Shown here in pieces: positions 54,182 through 62,827 of a stretch of DNA of 64,000 bases. Each line of letters starts with the position of its first letter. Within the stretch, counting starts at the first letter, position 1. The translations under genes and the position numbers were made by a program. Source of the stretch: Gammaproteobacteria bacterium (lineage in GTDB: Bacteria > Pseudomonadota > Gammaproteobacteria > Eutrophobiales > Eutrophobiaceae); the NCBI GenBank assembly GCA_947480335.1, contig CANKCB010000008.1, positions 10,741 to 74,740 of the forward strand. The letters are read 5' to 3'. The notes under the pieces are model-generated. The model saw only the letters and a program-made list of their open reading frames with translations. It was not told the origin of the DNA and did not search any database.

Positions 54182-54790
54182 ATGTTTGAACTTTATATAT
54201 TTTATTTTTTTGCAGCGATGATGTTGCTGTCAGCGACGATGGTCATCACTGTGCGTAATCCGGTACATGCGGCCTTGTTTCTGGTACTGGCATTCTTCTC
54301 CAGCGCGACCGTCTGGCTGTTATTACAGGCCGAGTTTCTGGCGATCATTCTGATTCTGGTTTATGTCGGTGCCGTCATGGTTCTGTTCCTGTTTGTGGTG
54401 ATGATGCTGGATATCAATCTTGCCCGAATACGGGAAGGCTTTGCCCGGTTTTTGCCAATCGGGATAGTCGTCGCCGTGTTGATGGCTGTGGCGATGGTCA
54501 TGGCACTGAAAACCGTGTATCTGGATGCGGCACATCTTGATGTCTTTGCAGCGCCTGCGGCAGATTACAGTAACACCCGTGAACTGGGCATGGTTCTGTA
54601 CACAGAATATCTTTATCCATTTGAGATCTCGGGTGCAATCCTGCTGGTCGCCATAATTGCCGCCATCAGCCTGACCCTGCGTAATGGTAAACCCAACAAG
54701 ACCCAGAATCCGGAGGAACAGGTTCGGGTAAAGAGCAAGGACAGGGTGCGTATCGTCAAGGGTATGGATACGGAGCAAAAGACATCATGA
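54182..54790 (+). CDS. nuoJ: NADH-quinone oxidoreductase subunit J
   Basis: 202 aa, 5 TM. Confidence 0.85.
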   Translation: MFELYIFYFFAAMMLLSATMVITVRNPVHAALFLVLAFFSSATVWLLLQAEFLAIILILVYVGAVMVLFLFVVMMLDINLARIREGFARFLPIGIVVAVLMAVAMVMALKTVYLDAAHLDVFAAPAADYSNTRELGMVLYTEYLYPFEISGAILLVAIIAAISLTLRNGKPNKTQNPEEQVRVKSKDRVRIVKGMDTEQKTS

Positions 54791-55092
54791 TTACGCTGGG
54801 ACAGGTACTGGTTCTTGCCGCGATACTGTTTTGTATCAGTGTTGCCGGCATTTTTATCAACCGCAAGAATGTGATCATTCTGCTGATGTGTATCGAGCTG
54901 ATGCTGTTATCCGTCAATATGAATTTCATTGCCTTCTCACACTTTTTGCATGATATCCATGGACAGATATTTGTCTTCTTCATTCTTACTGTAGCCGCTG
55001 CTGAGTCTGCGATTGGTCTGGCGATTCTGGTCGTGCTGTTCCGGAACAGAAGTACGATTAATGTTGCCGACCTCGACAGTTTGAAGGGATAG
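54787..55092 (+). CDS. nuoK: NADH-quinone oxidoreductase subunit K
   Basis: 101 aa, 3 TM, overlaps nuoJ by 4 nt. Confidence 0.9.
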   Translation: MITLGQVLVLAAILFCISVAGIFINRKNVIILLMCIELMLLSVNMNFIAFSHFLHDIHGQIFVFFILTVAAAESAIGLAILVVLFRNRSTINVADLDSLKG

Positions 55093-55096
55093 ACGG

Positions 55097-57073
55097 ATGC
55101 AGGCACTCGATATGAAATCAATTTATCTGGCCATTGTGCTGGCACCACTGGTCGGTTCAGTCATTGCCGGTTTGTTTGGTCGTGCAATAGGCCGTAATGG
55201 CGCCCATTGGGTGACCATCCTTGGCGTGGGTATTTCCAGCCTGTTATCGCTGTATGCCTACAAGCATATTGTATTTGATGGTGGCGAGCTGTTTAACGAG
55301 GTGATCTATAACTGGTTAACTACAGGCAACCTCAGTCTGAGTGTTGGTTTCATGGTAGATCGTCTGACAGTGACGATGATGGTGGTTGTGACATTCGTAT
55401 CGTGGATGATACACATCTACACCATTGGATATATGCATGAGGACCCTGGCTATCAGCGGTTCTTCAGTTATATATCGTTATTTACATTTGCCATGCTGAT
55501 GCTGGTCATGTCGAACAACTTTATGCAGTTGTTTTTTGGTTGGGAAGCGGTTGGTCTGGTCTCTTATCTGTTAATTGGTTTCTGGTTCAAGAAGGAAACT
55601 GCCATCTTTGCCAATATGAAAGCTTTTCTGGTAAACCGTGTGGGCGACTTCGGATTCCTGCTCGGTATAGCCGCTGTGTTGATGACATTCAAGACGCTCG
55701 ATTACGCGCAGGTATTCTCCCAGGTTTCAACGTTCGCCAATGCCACTGTGCAAATTTTGCCTGGCACGGACTGGTCATTAATGTCGGTAATCTGTATTTG
55801 TCTGTTTATCGGTGCGATGGGTAAATCGGCACAGGTACCCTTGCATGTGTGGTTGCCGGATTCAATGGAAGGTCCGACACCTATCTCTGCGTTGATCCAT
55901 GCCGCTACGATGGTCACTGCCGGTATTTTTATGGTGGCAAGAATGTCACCCTTGTTTGAGTTGTCTGAGACAGCATTGTCATTTGTGTTGGTCATCGGCT
56001 CAATCACCGCCTTCTTCATGGGTCTGTTGGGACTGGTGCAGAATGACATCAAACGAGTCATTGCTTATTCAACCTTGTCTCAGCTGGGCTATATGACAGT
56101 GGCGCTAGGTGTGTCTGCCTATTCAGCGGCGATTTTTCATCTGGTGACACATGCCTTTTTCAAGGCATTGTTGTTCCTGGCGGCGGGCTCAGTCATCATT
56201 GCGATGCATCATGAGCAGGACATGCGCAAGATGGGTGGTTTGTATCGACACTTACCCGTGACCTGGATTACTTCGCTGATTGGTTCGCTGGCGTTGATTG
56301 GATTCCCGGGTACTTCCGGATTTTTCTCCAAGGATGCCATTATTGAAGCTGTGCATGAATCACATCTACCCTTTGCTGACTGGGCCTATGTGGCGGTACT
56401 TAGTGGCGTATTTATTACCGCACTGTATTCGTTCCGTCTGTTTTTTATGGTATTCCATGGCAAAAAGCGAATGGATCATCATACCGAAGAGCATTTGCAT
56501 GAATCACCTGCGGTGGTGACGGTGCCCTTGTCCGTGCTGGCAATACCTTCATTACTGATTGGTTCGTTTCTGGTAGGCCCAATGTTATTTGGCGATTATT
56601 TCCTTGAGGCGATCTATGTAGCACCTCCACATAATGTACTCGAAGTGATGGGTGAGGAGTATCACGGTATTGTTGAATTCACCTTGCACGCCTTCTCGGC
56701 AGCCCCGGTCTATCTGGCATTGGCGGGTGTGTTTGTCGCCTGGTTACTCTATATCAAATATCCGGATGTGCCTGAAAAGATTGCATCGCGGTTTGGTCTG
56801 ATACACCGGATACTGTTAAACAAATATGGGCTGGATGATTTCAACCAGATTGTGTTTGCCGGTGGCGCCAGATTACTGGGTAGATTTTTGTGGCAGAACG
56901 GTGATGTCAGATTGATAGATGGTTTACTGGTAAATGGTACCGCTTCAGCTGTGCGCTGGTTCTCGTCGAGGATCAGGGTGATCCAGTCTGGTCTGTTACA
57001 TGATTATGCGTTCACTATGATCATTGGGCTGCTGGTACTGCTTGCAGTTTTCGTTCTACGGTTCTTGCAGTAA
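55097..57073 (+). CDS. nuoL: NADH-quinone oxidoreductase subunit L
   Basis: 658 aa antiporter-like subunit. Confidence 0.9.
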   Translation: MQALDMKSIYLAIVLAPLVGSVIAGLFGRAIGRNGAHWVTILGVGISSLLSLYAYKHIVFDGGELFNEVIYNWLTTGNLSLSVGFMVDRLTVTMMVVVTFVSWMIHIYTIGYMHEDPGYQRFFSYISLFTFAMLMLVMSNNFMQLFFGWEAVGLVSYLLIGFWFKKETAIFANMKAFLVNRVGDFGFLLGIAAVLMTFKTLDYAQVFSQVSTFANATVQILPGTDWSLMSVICICLFIGAMGKSAQVPLHVWLPDSMEGPTPISALIHAATMVTAGIFMVARMSPLFELSETALSFVLVIGSITAFFMGLLGLVQNDIKRVIAYSTLSQLGYMTVALGVSAYSAAIFHLVTHAFFKALLFLAAGSVIIAMHHEQDMRKMGGLYRHLPVTWITSLIGSLALIGFPGTSGFFSKDAIIEAVHESHLPFADWAYVAVLSGVFITALYSFRLFFMVFHGKKRMDHHTEEHLHESPAVVTVPLSVLAIPSLLIGSFLVGPMLFGDYFLEAIYVAPPHNVLEVMGEEYHGIVEFTLHAFSAAPVYLALAGVFVAWLLYIKYPDVPEKIASRFGLIHRILLNKYGLDDFNQIVFAGGARLLGRFLWQNGDVRLIDGLLVNGTASAVRWFSSRIRVIQSGLLHDYAFTMIIGLLVLLAVFVLRFLQ

Positions 57074-57085
57074 ATCAGGGGGAGT

Positions 57086-58603
57086 ATGGATCTTAATCTG
57101 CCATTTTTAAGCCTGCTAATCTGGACCCCTATACTGGGAGGTATCTGGGTGCTGTATCTTGGCGATGGTCAAGAGCAGACCGTCAAGGTGTTTTCGCTCA
57201 TGGTCTCGATTCTGGTGTTTGTCTTGTCATTGCTGGCCTATGCTGATTTTGATACCACTACCTCTGCCATGCAGTTTGTTGAATTACGTTCCTGGATCGA
57301 CGCGTTCAAGATTAATTATCATCTCGGAATTGATGGCATCGCACTGCCCTTGATACTACTGACTACCTTTACCACAATACTGGTGATCCTGTCGGCATGG
57401 GATGTGATTGAATATCGTATTTCCCAGTTCATGGCCGCATTTCTGATTCTGGAAGGTTTGATGAACGGAGTATTTGCATCGGTAGATGCAATCCTGTTTT
57501 ATTTTTTCTGGGAAGCCATGCTGATACCGATGTTCCTTATTATCGGTATCTGGGGTGGACCACGCCGGGTGTATGCCACAATCAAGTTCTTTCTGTACAC
57601 CTTTCTGGGTTCCGTGTTCATGCTGGTCGCACTGTTATATATGTATTCTAAAGCGGGCAGTTTCAGTATTCCGGACTTACAGGCCATGCCTTTATCCCTG
57701 GCCGAACAAAAACTGATTTTTATTGCATTCTTCCTCGCCTTTGCCGTCAAGATCCCGATGTGGCCGGTACATACCTGGTTGCCGGACGCCCATGTGGAAG
57801 CACCTACCGCAGGTTCAGTTGTATTGGCAGCAATCATGCTGAAAATGGGTGGCTATGGTTTTATTCGTTTCAGCCTCCCCATCACACCGGATGCAAGCAT
57901 GGCTTTTGATTCGTGGATGATAGTGTTGTCACTGATTGCCATTGTCTATATAGGTTTTGTGGCTTTGGTACAGTCAGATATGAAGAAGCTGATTGCGTAT
58001 TCCTCTATCTCACATATGGGATTTGTGACGCTCGGTTTTTTCATTGTTTTTTCAATTTATGCCACTACTAATGACAGCAGTGGTGCCGTGATGGCGCTGG
58101 AAGGCTCAATGATGCAGATGATCTCGCATGGATTTATCTCGGGTGCGATGTTCCTCTGTGTGGGTGTTTTATACGATCGTATGCATAGTCGCGAAATCAG
58201 CGCCTATGGTGGCGTTGCCAATACCATGCCGCGATTTGCAGCATTTATGCTGTTATTCACAATGGCCAATGCCGGTTTGCCCGGTACAACCGGATTTGTC
58301 GGTGAATTTCTGGTTATCCTTGGCAGTTACCAGTCCGGATTCTGGATAGCTTTCCTTGCCGCACTAACATTGATTATGGGTGCAGCCTATTCATTATGGA
58401 TGTACAAACGGGTCATCTTTGGTGATGTGGCGAATGAACATGTAGCCGAATTGACAGATATTAATACACGGGAAACGTTTATCCTGGCGGTACTGGCCAT
58501 TACTGTACTGGTTTTTGGAATCTGGCCCGCACCGATATTCGAGATGATGCAGCCATCAATCGAAAATCTATTCAATCACATCATCCAGTCGAAAACAGGT
58601 TAA
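57086..58603 (+). CDS. nuoM: NADH-quinone oxidoreductase subunit M
   Basis: 505 aa antiporter-like subunit. Confidence 0.9.
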   Translation: MDLNLPFLSLLIWTPILGGIWVLYLGDGQEQTVKVFSLMVSILVFVLSLLAYADFDTTTSAMQFVELRSWIDAFKINYHLGIDGIALPLILLTTFTTILVILSAWDVIEYRISQFMAAFLILEGLMNGVFASVDAILFYFFWEAMLIPMFLIIGIWGGPRRVYATIKFFLYTFLGSVFMLVALLYMYSKAGSFSIPDLQAMPLSLAEQKLIFIAFFLAFAVKIPMWPVHTWLPDAHVEAPTAGSVVLAAIMLKMGGYGFIRFSLPITPDASMAFDSWMIVLSLIAIVYIGFVALVQSDMKKLIAYSSISHMGFVTLGFFIVFSIYATTNDSSGAVMALEGSMMQMISHGFISGAMFLCVGVLYDRMHSREISAYGGVANTMPRFAAFMLLFTMANAGLPGTTGFVGEFLVILGSYQSGFWIAFLAALTLIMGAAYSLWMYKRVIFGDVANEHVAELTDINTRETFILAVLAITVLVFGIWPAPIFEMMQPSIENLFNHIIQSKTG

Positions 58604-58615
58604 TACAAAATTGTC

Positions 58616-60052
58616 ATGATCTCGGATATTCTGCTACTGGCTCCTGAAATTGTTTTGCTAACGATGGCCTGTATCATTCTGGTACTGGATACGATCTCGA
58701 CAGACCATGACAAGGCCTTAACCTACTGGTTAACCCAGGCCACACTGGTGTTAACAGTATTTTTGATTGTGTGGTTTTCACCCGCAGCGGAAATCGTGGC
58801 GTTTAATGGCCATTTTGTTACCGACCCAATGAGTGTGGTACTCAAGATTACTATCTGTCTGGTTACACTGGTTGTATTTTTCTATTCGTATGATTACCTG
58901 AAGAAGCACGAGATCATTCGCGGAGAATATTTTGTGCTGGGTTTGTTTGCTGTGCTCGGTATGTTGATTATGTCCTCTGCGGCCAGTTTGCTGACTATCT
59001 ATATGGGTCTGGAACTCTTGTCATTGTCGCTCTATGCAATGGTCGCAATGCATAAGCATCCGGTAACCGCCTCTGAAGCCGCAATGAAATATTTTGTGCT
59101 CGGTGCATTGGCCTCTGGCATGCTGCTATATGGTATATCAATGATCTATGGTGTGACCGGTGCACTGGATTTGAAGAGTATTGCCGATTTTGCCAATCAG
59201 ACTACCGATGCTAATTCCAGTCTGTTACTGGTATTTGGTCTGGTGTTCCTGGTCGTTGGAATTGGTTTTAAACTCGGTGCTGTGCCTTTCCATATGTGGG
59301 TGCCGGATATCTATGAAGGCGCGCCAACCGCAGTAACATTGTTTATCAGTACGGCCCCGAAGATTGCCGCCTTTGCGATGACGTTCAGATTACTGGCGGA
59401 TGGTCTTCAGGCGCTATTGCTGGACTGGCAGGGGATGCTGATGGTGTTGTCTGTGTTGTCGATGGCAACTGGAAACATCATTGCCATATCCCAGACCAAT
59501 ATCAAACGCATGCTGGCCTATTCAACCATCGCACATGTCGGATTTTTTCTGTTGGGCATGATCAGTGGCAGCAATAATGGTTATGCCGGTTCAATGTTTT
59601 ATATCATTATCTATGCAGCCATGAGCATGGGATCTTTCGGCATCATCATTCTGCTCGGTCGCAAAGGTGCAGAAGCGGATACCTTGAATGATTTCAAGGG
59701 ACTTGCCCGTCGTAGTCCCTGGTATGCGTTTATCATGCTGATACTGATGTTTTCCATGGCCGGAGTGCCGCCTTTGGCCGGGTTCTGGTCAAAATGGTTT
59801 GTGATCAAGGAAGTAATTGCATCGGGTCATGTGACGCTGGCAGCGATTGCCGTGGTCTTCTCTGTGATAGGCGCATTCTATTATCTTCGTGTGGTCAAGC
59901 TGATGTATTTTGACGAACCTGAAAACATGATTGCGTTCAAGGCATCCCAGCAGATGCGGTTTGTGCTCAGCCTGAACGGAATTCTGGTGCTGCTAATTGG
60001 CTTTATGCCCGGTATGTTAATCAGCTTATGTCTAAAAGCTATCGGCGGGTAA
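58616..60052 (+). CDS. nuoN: NADH-quinone oxidoreductase subunit N
   Basis: 478 aa antiporter-like subunit, last gene of the operon. Confidence 0.9.
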   Translation: MISDILLLAPEIVLLTMACIILVLDTISTDHDKALTYWLTQATLVLTVFLIVWFSPAAEIVAFNGHFVTDPMSVVLKITICLVTLVVFFYSYDYLKKHEIIRGEYFVLGLFAVLGMLIMSSAASLLTIYMGLELLSLSLYAMVAMHKHPVTASEAAMKYFVLGALASGMLLYGISMIYGVTGALDLKSIADFANQTTDANSSLLLVFGLVFLVVGIGFKLGAVPFHMWVPDIYEGAPTAVTLFISTAPKIAAFAMTFRLLADGLQALLLDWQGMLMVLSVLSMATGNIIAISQTNIKRMLAYSTIAHVGFFLLGMISGSNNGYAGSMFYIIIYAAMSMGSFGIIILLGRKGAEADTLNDFKGLARRSPWYAFIMLILMFSMAGVPPLAGFWSKWFVIKEVIASGHVTLAAIAVVFSVIGAFYYLRVVKLMYFDEPENMIAFKASQQMRFVLSLNGILVLLIGFMPGMLISLCLKAIGG

Positions 60053-60081
60053 TTTGATCCTTACAAGCGGCGGATAACAGA

Positions 60082-61407
60082 TTACTTCAGCGTAGCGATT
60101 TGTTTGCCAAGTTGTACAGACTGACCTGCATGCGTATCCTTATTCCACCGCAGGTGGTTTTCCTCAAACAGCATAATGACGGTTGACCCCATATTGAATC
60201 GGCCCATTTCCACGCCCTTGTCGATGCGAATCGGCTTGTCAGATTGAGTATAGTGCTGGACTGATTTTTCATGGGCATCTGCAGGGGTAATCTGACCCGC
60301 CCAAACCGTTTCCATACTTCCTACAAAGATGGCTCCTACCATCACCAGTGCAACATTACCTATATCCGTATTGAACAGGGTTACCAGCCTTTCATTGCGG
60401 GCAAACAGATTATCAATTGTACGTGTCGTTGCCGGATTAACTGAAAACAAATTGCCGGGTATATATGTCATGCTTTGCAGCGTTCCAGTAACTGGCATGT
60501 GTATACGATGATAGTCTTTAGGTGACAGATAAATCGTTATGAATTCACCGTTATTAAATTGGCCGGCCAGTGCAGAATCTCCACCGAGTAGTTGTTCAAC
60601 GGTGTAATCGTGATTTTTAGCCTGGATCAGTCGACCATTACTGATACGACCAAACTGACTGATCGCACCATCAACCGGTGAAATGAGGGAATAGATACCA
60701 GGGTCAACCGGACGTGCAGTATCTTGTAAGGAACGGGTGAAAAATTCATTAAATGTCCGGTAATCCTGTGGTTTGTGTTTAACAGCAATGGACATGTCCA
60801 CGTGATAGGTGCGGATAAATGTGTTAATCATCAGGTTTTTCAGGGGAGACCAACGTATGCGGGTAATCTTGTACATCATGGCGGACAACCAATGTTGTGG
60901 TAACAAATACTGGTACATCACGGCATAGTCAGTCCAGGATCCGGTTGTTGCGTCATCTGATTCTTTATGCGTGGAGTTATTGTCTGACATTTTTCTTACT
61001 TCAGCCTCAACTGTAATACTGGTTCCATCTGCAAATTGCAGGGTTAATGGGATGGTTTCACCGGCTACAGGTGAGTTGCCATTATTGTATAACATCAAGT
61101 GTAAATCGCCAGATGCGAATTGCACGCTTGTTCCGGCCGCCAGTTCAATTTTATCCAGCCTTTCCATGCGGCTTGTTCCCTGGACGTTCAGGCTTTTGTG
61201 TATTTCTATCCGGGGGAACCGCGTACTGCTAATGGCGACCAGGGTAATATTTGTCAAGCCTGTGTTATCAAGCTGTAGATAACCGGCATTGACCGGTGTA
61301 GCAGGGGGTGCTTCAGCAATCCATGTATTGTTGCTGATGACAGAACTATCCGCGTAGGCAGTGATGAAAGCCAGAAGTAATCCGCAGAAGCCAAAAAAAC
61401 GTAACAC
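60082..61407 (-). CDS. psd: continuous ORF: signal peptide + PCu(A)C copper-chaperone domain (aa 1-139) read in-frame into a complete phosphatidylserine decarboxylase proenzyme (aa 140-441; internal ATG at 60990)
   Basis: GTG start. PCu(A)C-like motifs: AGYLQLDNTG, GDLHLMLY, PLTLQFADGTSITVEAEV. Psd motifs: YQYLLPQHWLS, YRTFNEFF, LSPKDYHRIHMP, autocleavage site FNMGSTV. No stop codon between the domains. Confidence 0.75.
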   Translation of the reverse strand: MLRFFGFCGLLLAFITAYADSSVISNNTWIAEAPPATPVNAGYLQLDNTGLTNITLVAISSTRFPRIEIHKSLNVQGTSRMERLDKIELAAGTSVQFASGDLHLMLYNNGNSPVAGETIPLTLQFADGTSITVEAEVRKMSDNNSTHKESDDATTGSWTDYAVMYQYLLPQHWLSAMMYKITRIRWSPLKNLMINTFIRTYHVDMSIAVKHKPQDYRTFNEFFTRSLQDTARPVDPGIYSLISPVDGAISQFGRISNGRLIQAKNHDYTVEQLLGGDSALAGQFNNGEFITIYLSPKDYHRIHMPVTGTLQSMTYIPGNLFSVNPATTRTIDNLFARNERLVTLFNTDIGNVALVMVGAIFVGSMETVWAGQITPADAHEKSVQHYTQSDKPIRIDKGVEMGRFNMGSTVIMLFEENHLRWNKDTHAGQSVQLGKQIATLK

Positions 61408-61408
61408 G

Positions 61409-62080
61409 TCAGTCCTGACGTGAGATAAAGCCAGAGATATTTGTAATTGCTGAGATCAGTATGTCGGTTGAGTGTGGTGCGGAAAAGATACCCACTAGCC
61501 TGGCTTTTGGATCCAGCAGAAACACAGAACTGGTATGTTGTACCGTGTAGCTTCCATCTGTAGCGACAGATCCGATGATATGGGCGATGCCGATTTGAGA
61601 AGTCAGTTGGTTAATTTGTTCATCTGAGCCACCCAAGGCTGTTATTTTGCCGTTGAAGTAGCTGATATATTTTGCCAGGTGGGATGTCGTGTCCCGTTGT
61701 GGATCAACTGTAACAAACAGAGACTGAAGCGAGGGTTGGCCTGGTTGTAGCTGCAATCGTGTCTGGACCTGTTCCATCACTGACAGGGTCACAGGACACA
61801 CATCCGGGCAGTAGCTATATCCGAAAAACAGCAAGGACCAGTGGCCTTGTAGCTCGTTTTTGCCGAATGGTTTGCCGTTATGATCAATCAGGCTGAAATC
61901 CGTCAATTGTTTAGGATCAGGCCACAGTAGTCCCGGTATTGTCTCCGGTGCAGAAGAAGTCTGAAAATAACGGGTTGAATACAGCCCAAGTCCGGCACCG
62001 ATAATTATCAGTGCCAGAATCATGGAAGTAGTTATCAGGGTCTGCCGGCTCACCATATTTTGATTATACCTGAATAGCAA
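61409..62080 (-). CDS. SCO1/SenC family copper chaperone (thioredoxin-like)
   Basis: 223 aa. N-terminal TM anchor. CPDVCP motif. Stop TGA 1 nt before the GTG start of the PCu(A)C ORF. Confidence 0.8.
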   Translation of the reverse strand: MLFRYNQNMVSRQTLITTSMILALIIIGAGLGLYSTRYFQTSSAPETIPGLLWPDPKQLTDFSLIDHNGKPFGKNELQGHWSLLFFGYSYCPDVCPVTLSVMEQVQTRLQLQPGQPSLQSLFVTVDPQRDTTSHLAKYISYFNGKITALGGSDEQINQLTSQIGIAHIIGSVATDGSYTVQHTSSVFLLDPKARLVGIFSAPHSTDILISAITNISGFISRQD

Positions 62081-62314
62081 TCATCTGCATTGAAGAATCA
62101 CACTGAATTATATGGAAAAAAGTGCCTTACGTTCAGTATCAATTTTAAAGATATAAAAAAAATGTAAATTATTTGAATAATGAGTAAAGAAAATAATTTG
62201 ACTGCCGATAAAACAAATGTAGGGCGTGATCCGGGTACGGGAGATTGCCGGATTACGAAATGATCTACGCCGGATGATTATTTATCGACCACAAAAAACA
62301 GAAGAACAGAAAAA

Positions 62315-62665
62315 ATGTCCATGAATAATATTACTATAGTAATTGCAAATTCCGATTTCTCTGAAGGAGAAAAACTGAAGGTCGTTATCGGTCGGGAGTT
62401 TAATGTGATCCTGATTACCCAGCCAGTACCGGTAAAATATCTGGTAGAACGTTGTCAGGCCGTAATCGTAGGCAGTAATATTTCAGGAAGTGATGGGCTC
62501 GATTTTATCAAGGCCGTCGTCTCCAATACCTACATACCGGTTCTGATAATCACCCCGCTGGAAAGACAGATTGAAGCAACTCAGGCAGGTCCGGTTCAGC
62601 ATGCAGATAAATTGACCAGAGCAAGCTGCAAAGCAACAGTATCAGTCTGTTATAGCATCCGGTAA
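62315..62665 (+). CDS. possible degenerate response-regulator receiver (pseudo-receiver) domain protein
   Basis: 116 aa. Receiver-like beta-alpha pattern (ITIVIANSD..., AVIVGSNISGSDGLDFIKAV, IPVLIITP). The phospho-acceptor Asp position appears replaced by Ser/Gly. Weak support. Confidence 0.35.
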   Translation: MSMNNITIVIANSDFSEGEKLKVVIGREFNVILITQPVPVKYLVERCQAVIVGSNISGSDGLDFIKAVVSNTYIPVLIITPLERQIEATQAGPVQHADKLTRASCKATVSVCYSIR

Positions 62666-62827
62666 TGAAAGCATCTGGCTGCACTTGGGCACCTGTCCAT
62701 AAGGTCTGATTGAGTTATTGTTTATCGGCAATTACTCGGAAACCTGTAGTCAGGCACAAAACTGGCGGTCTTTATCAGGATTGGTATACTTGAGCAGATT
62801 TTTAACAATATCTCCTGGGAGTTAGTA

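Noticed and set aside
60985-61000. Possible frameshift between the PCu(A)C and Psd parts
   Set aside because: Checked codon by codon. Both domains are in the same frame with no stop. The peculiarity is a missing stop, not a frameshift.
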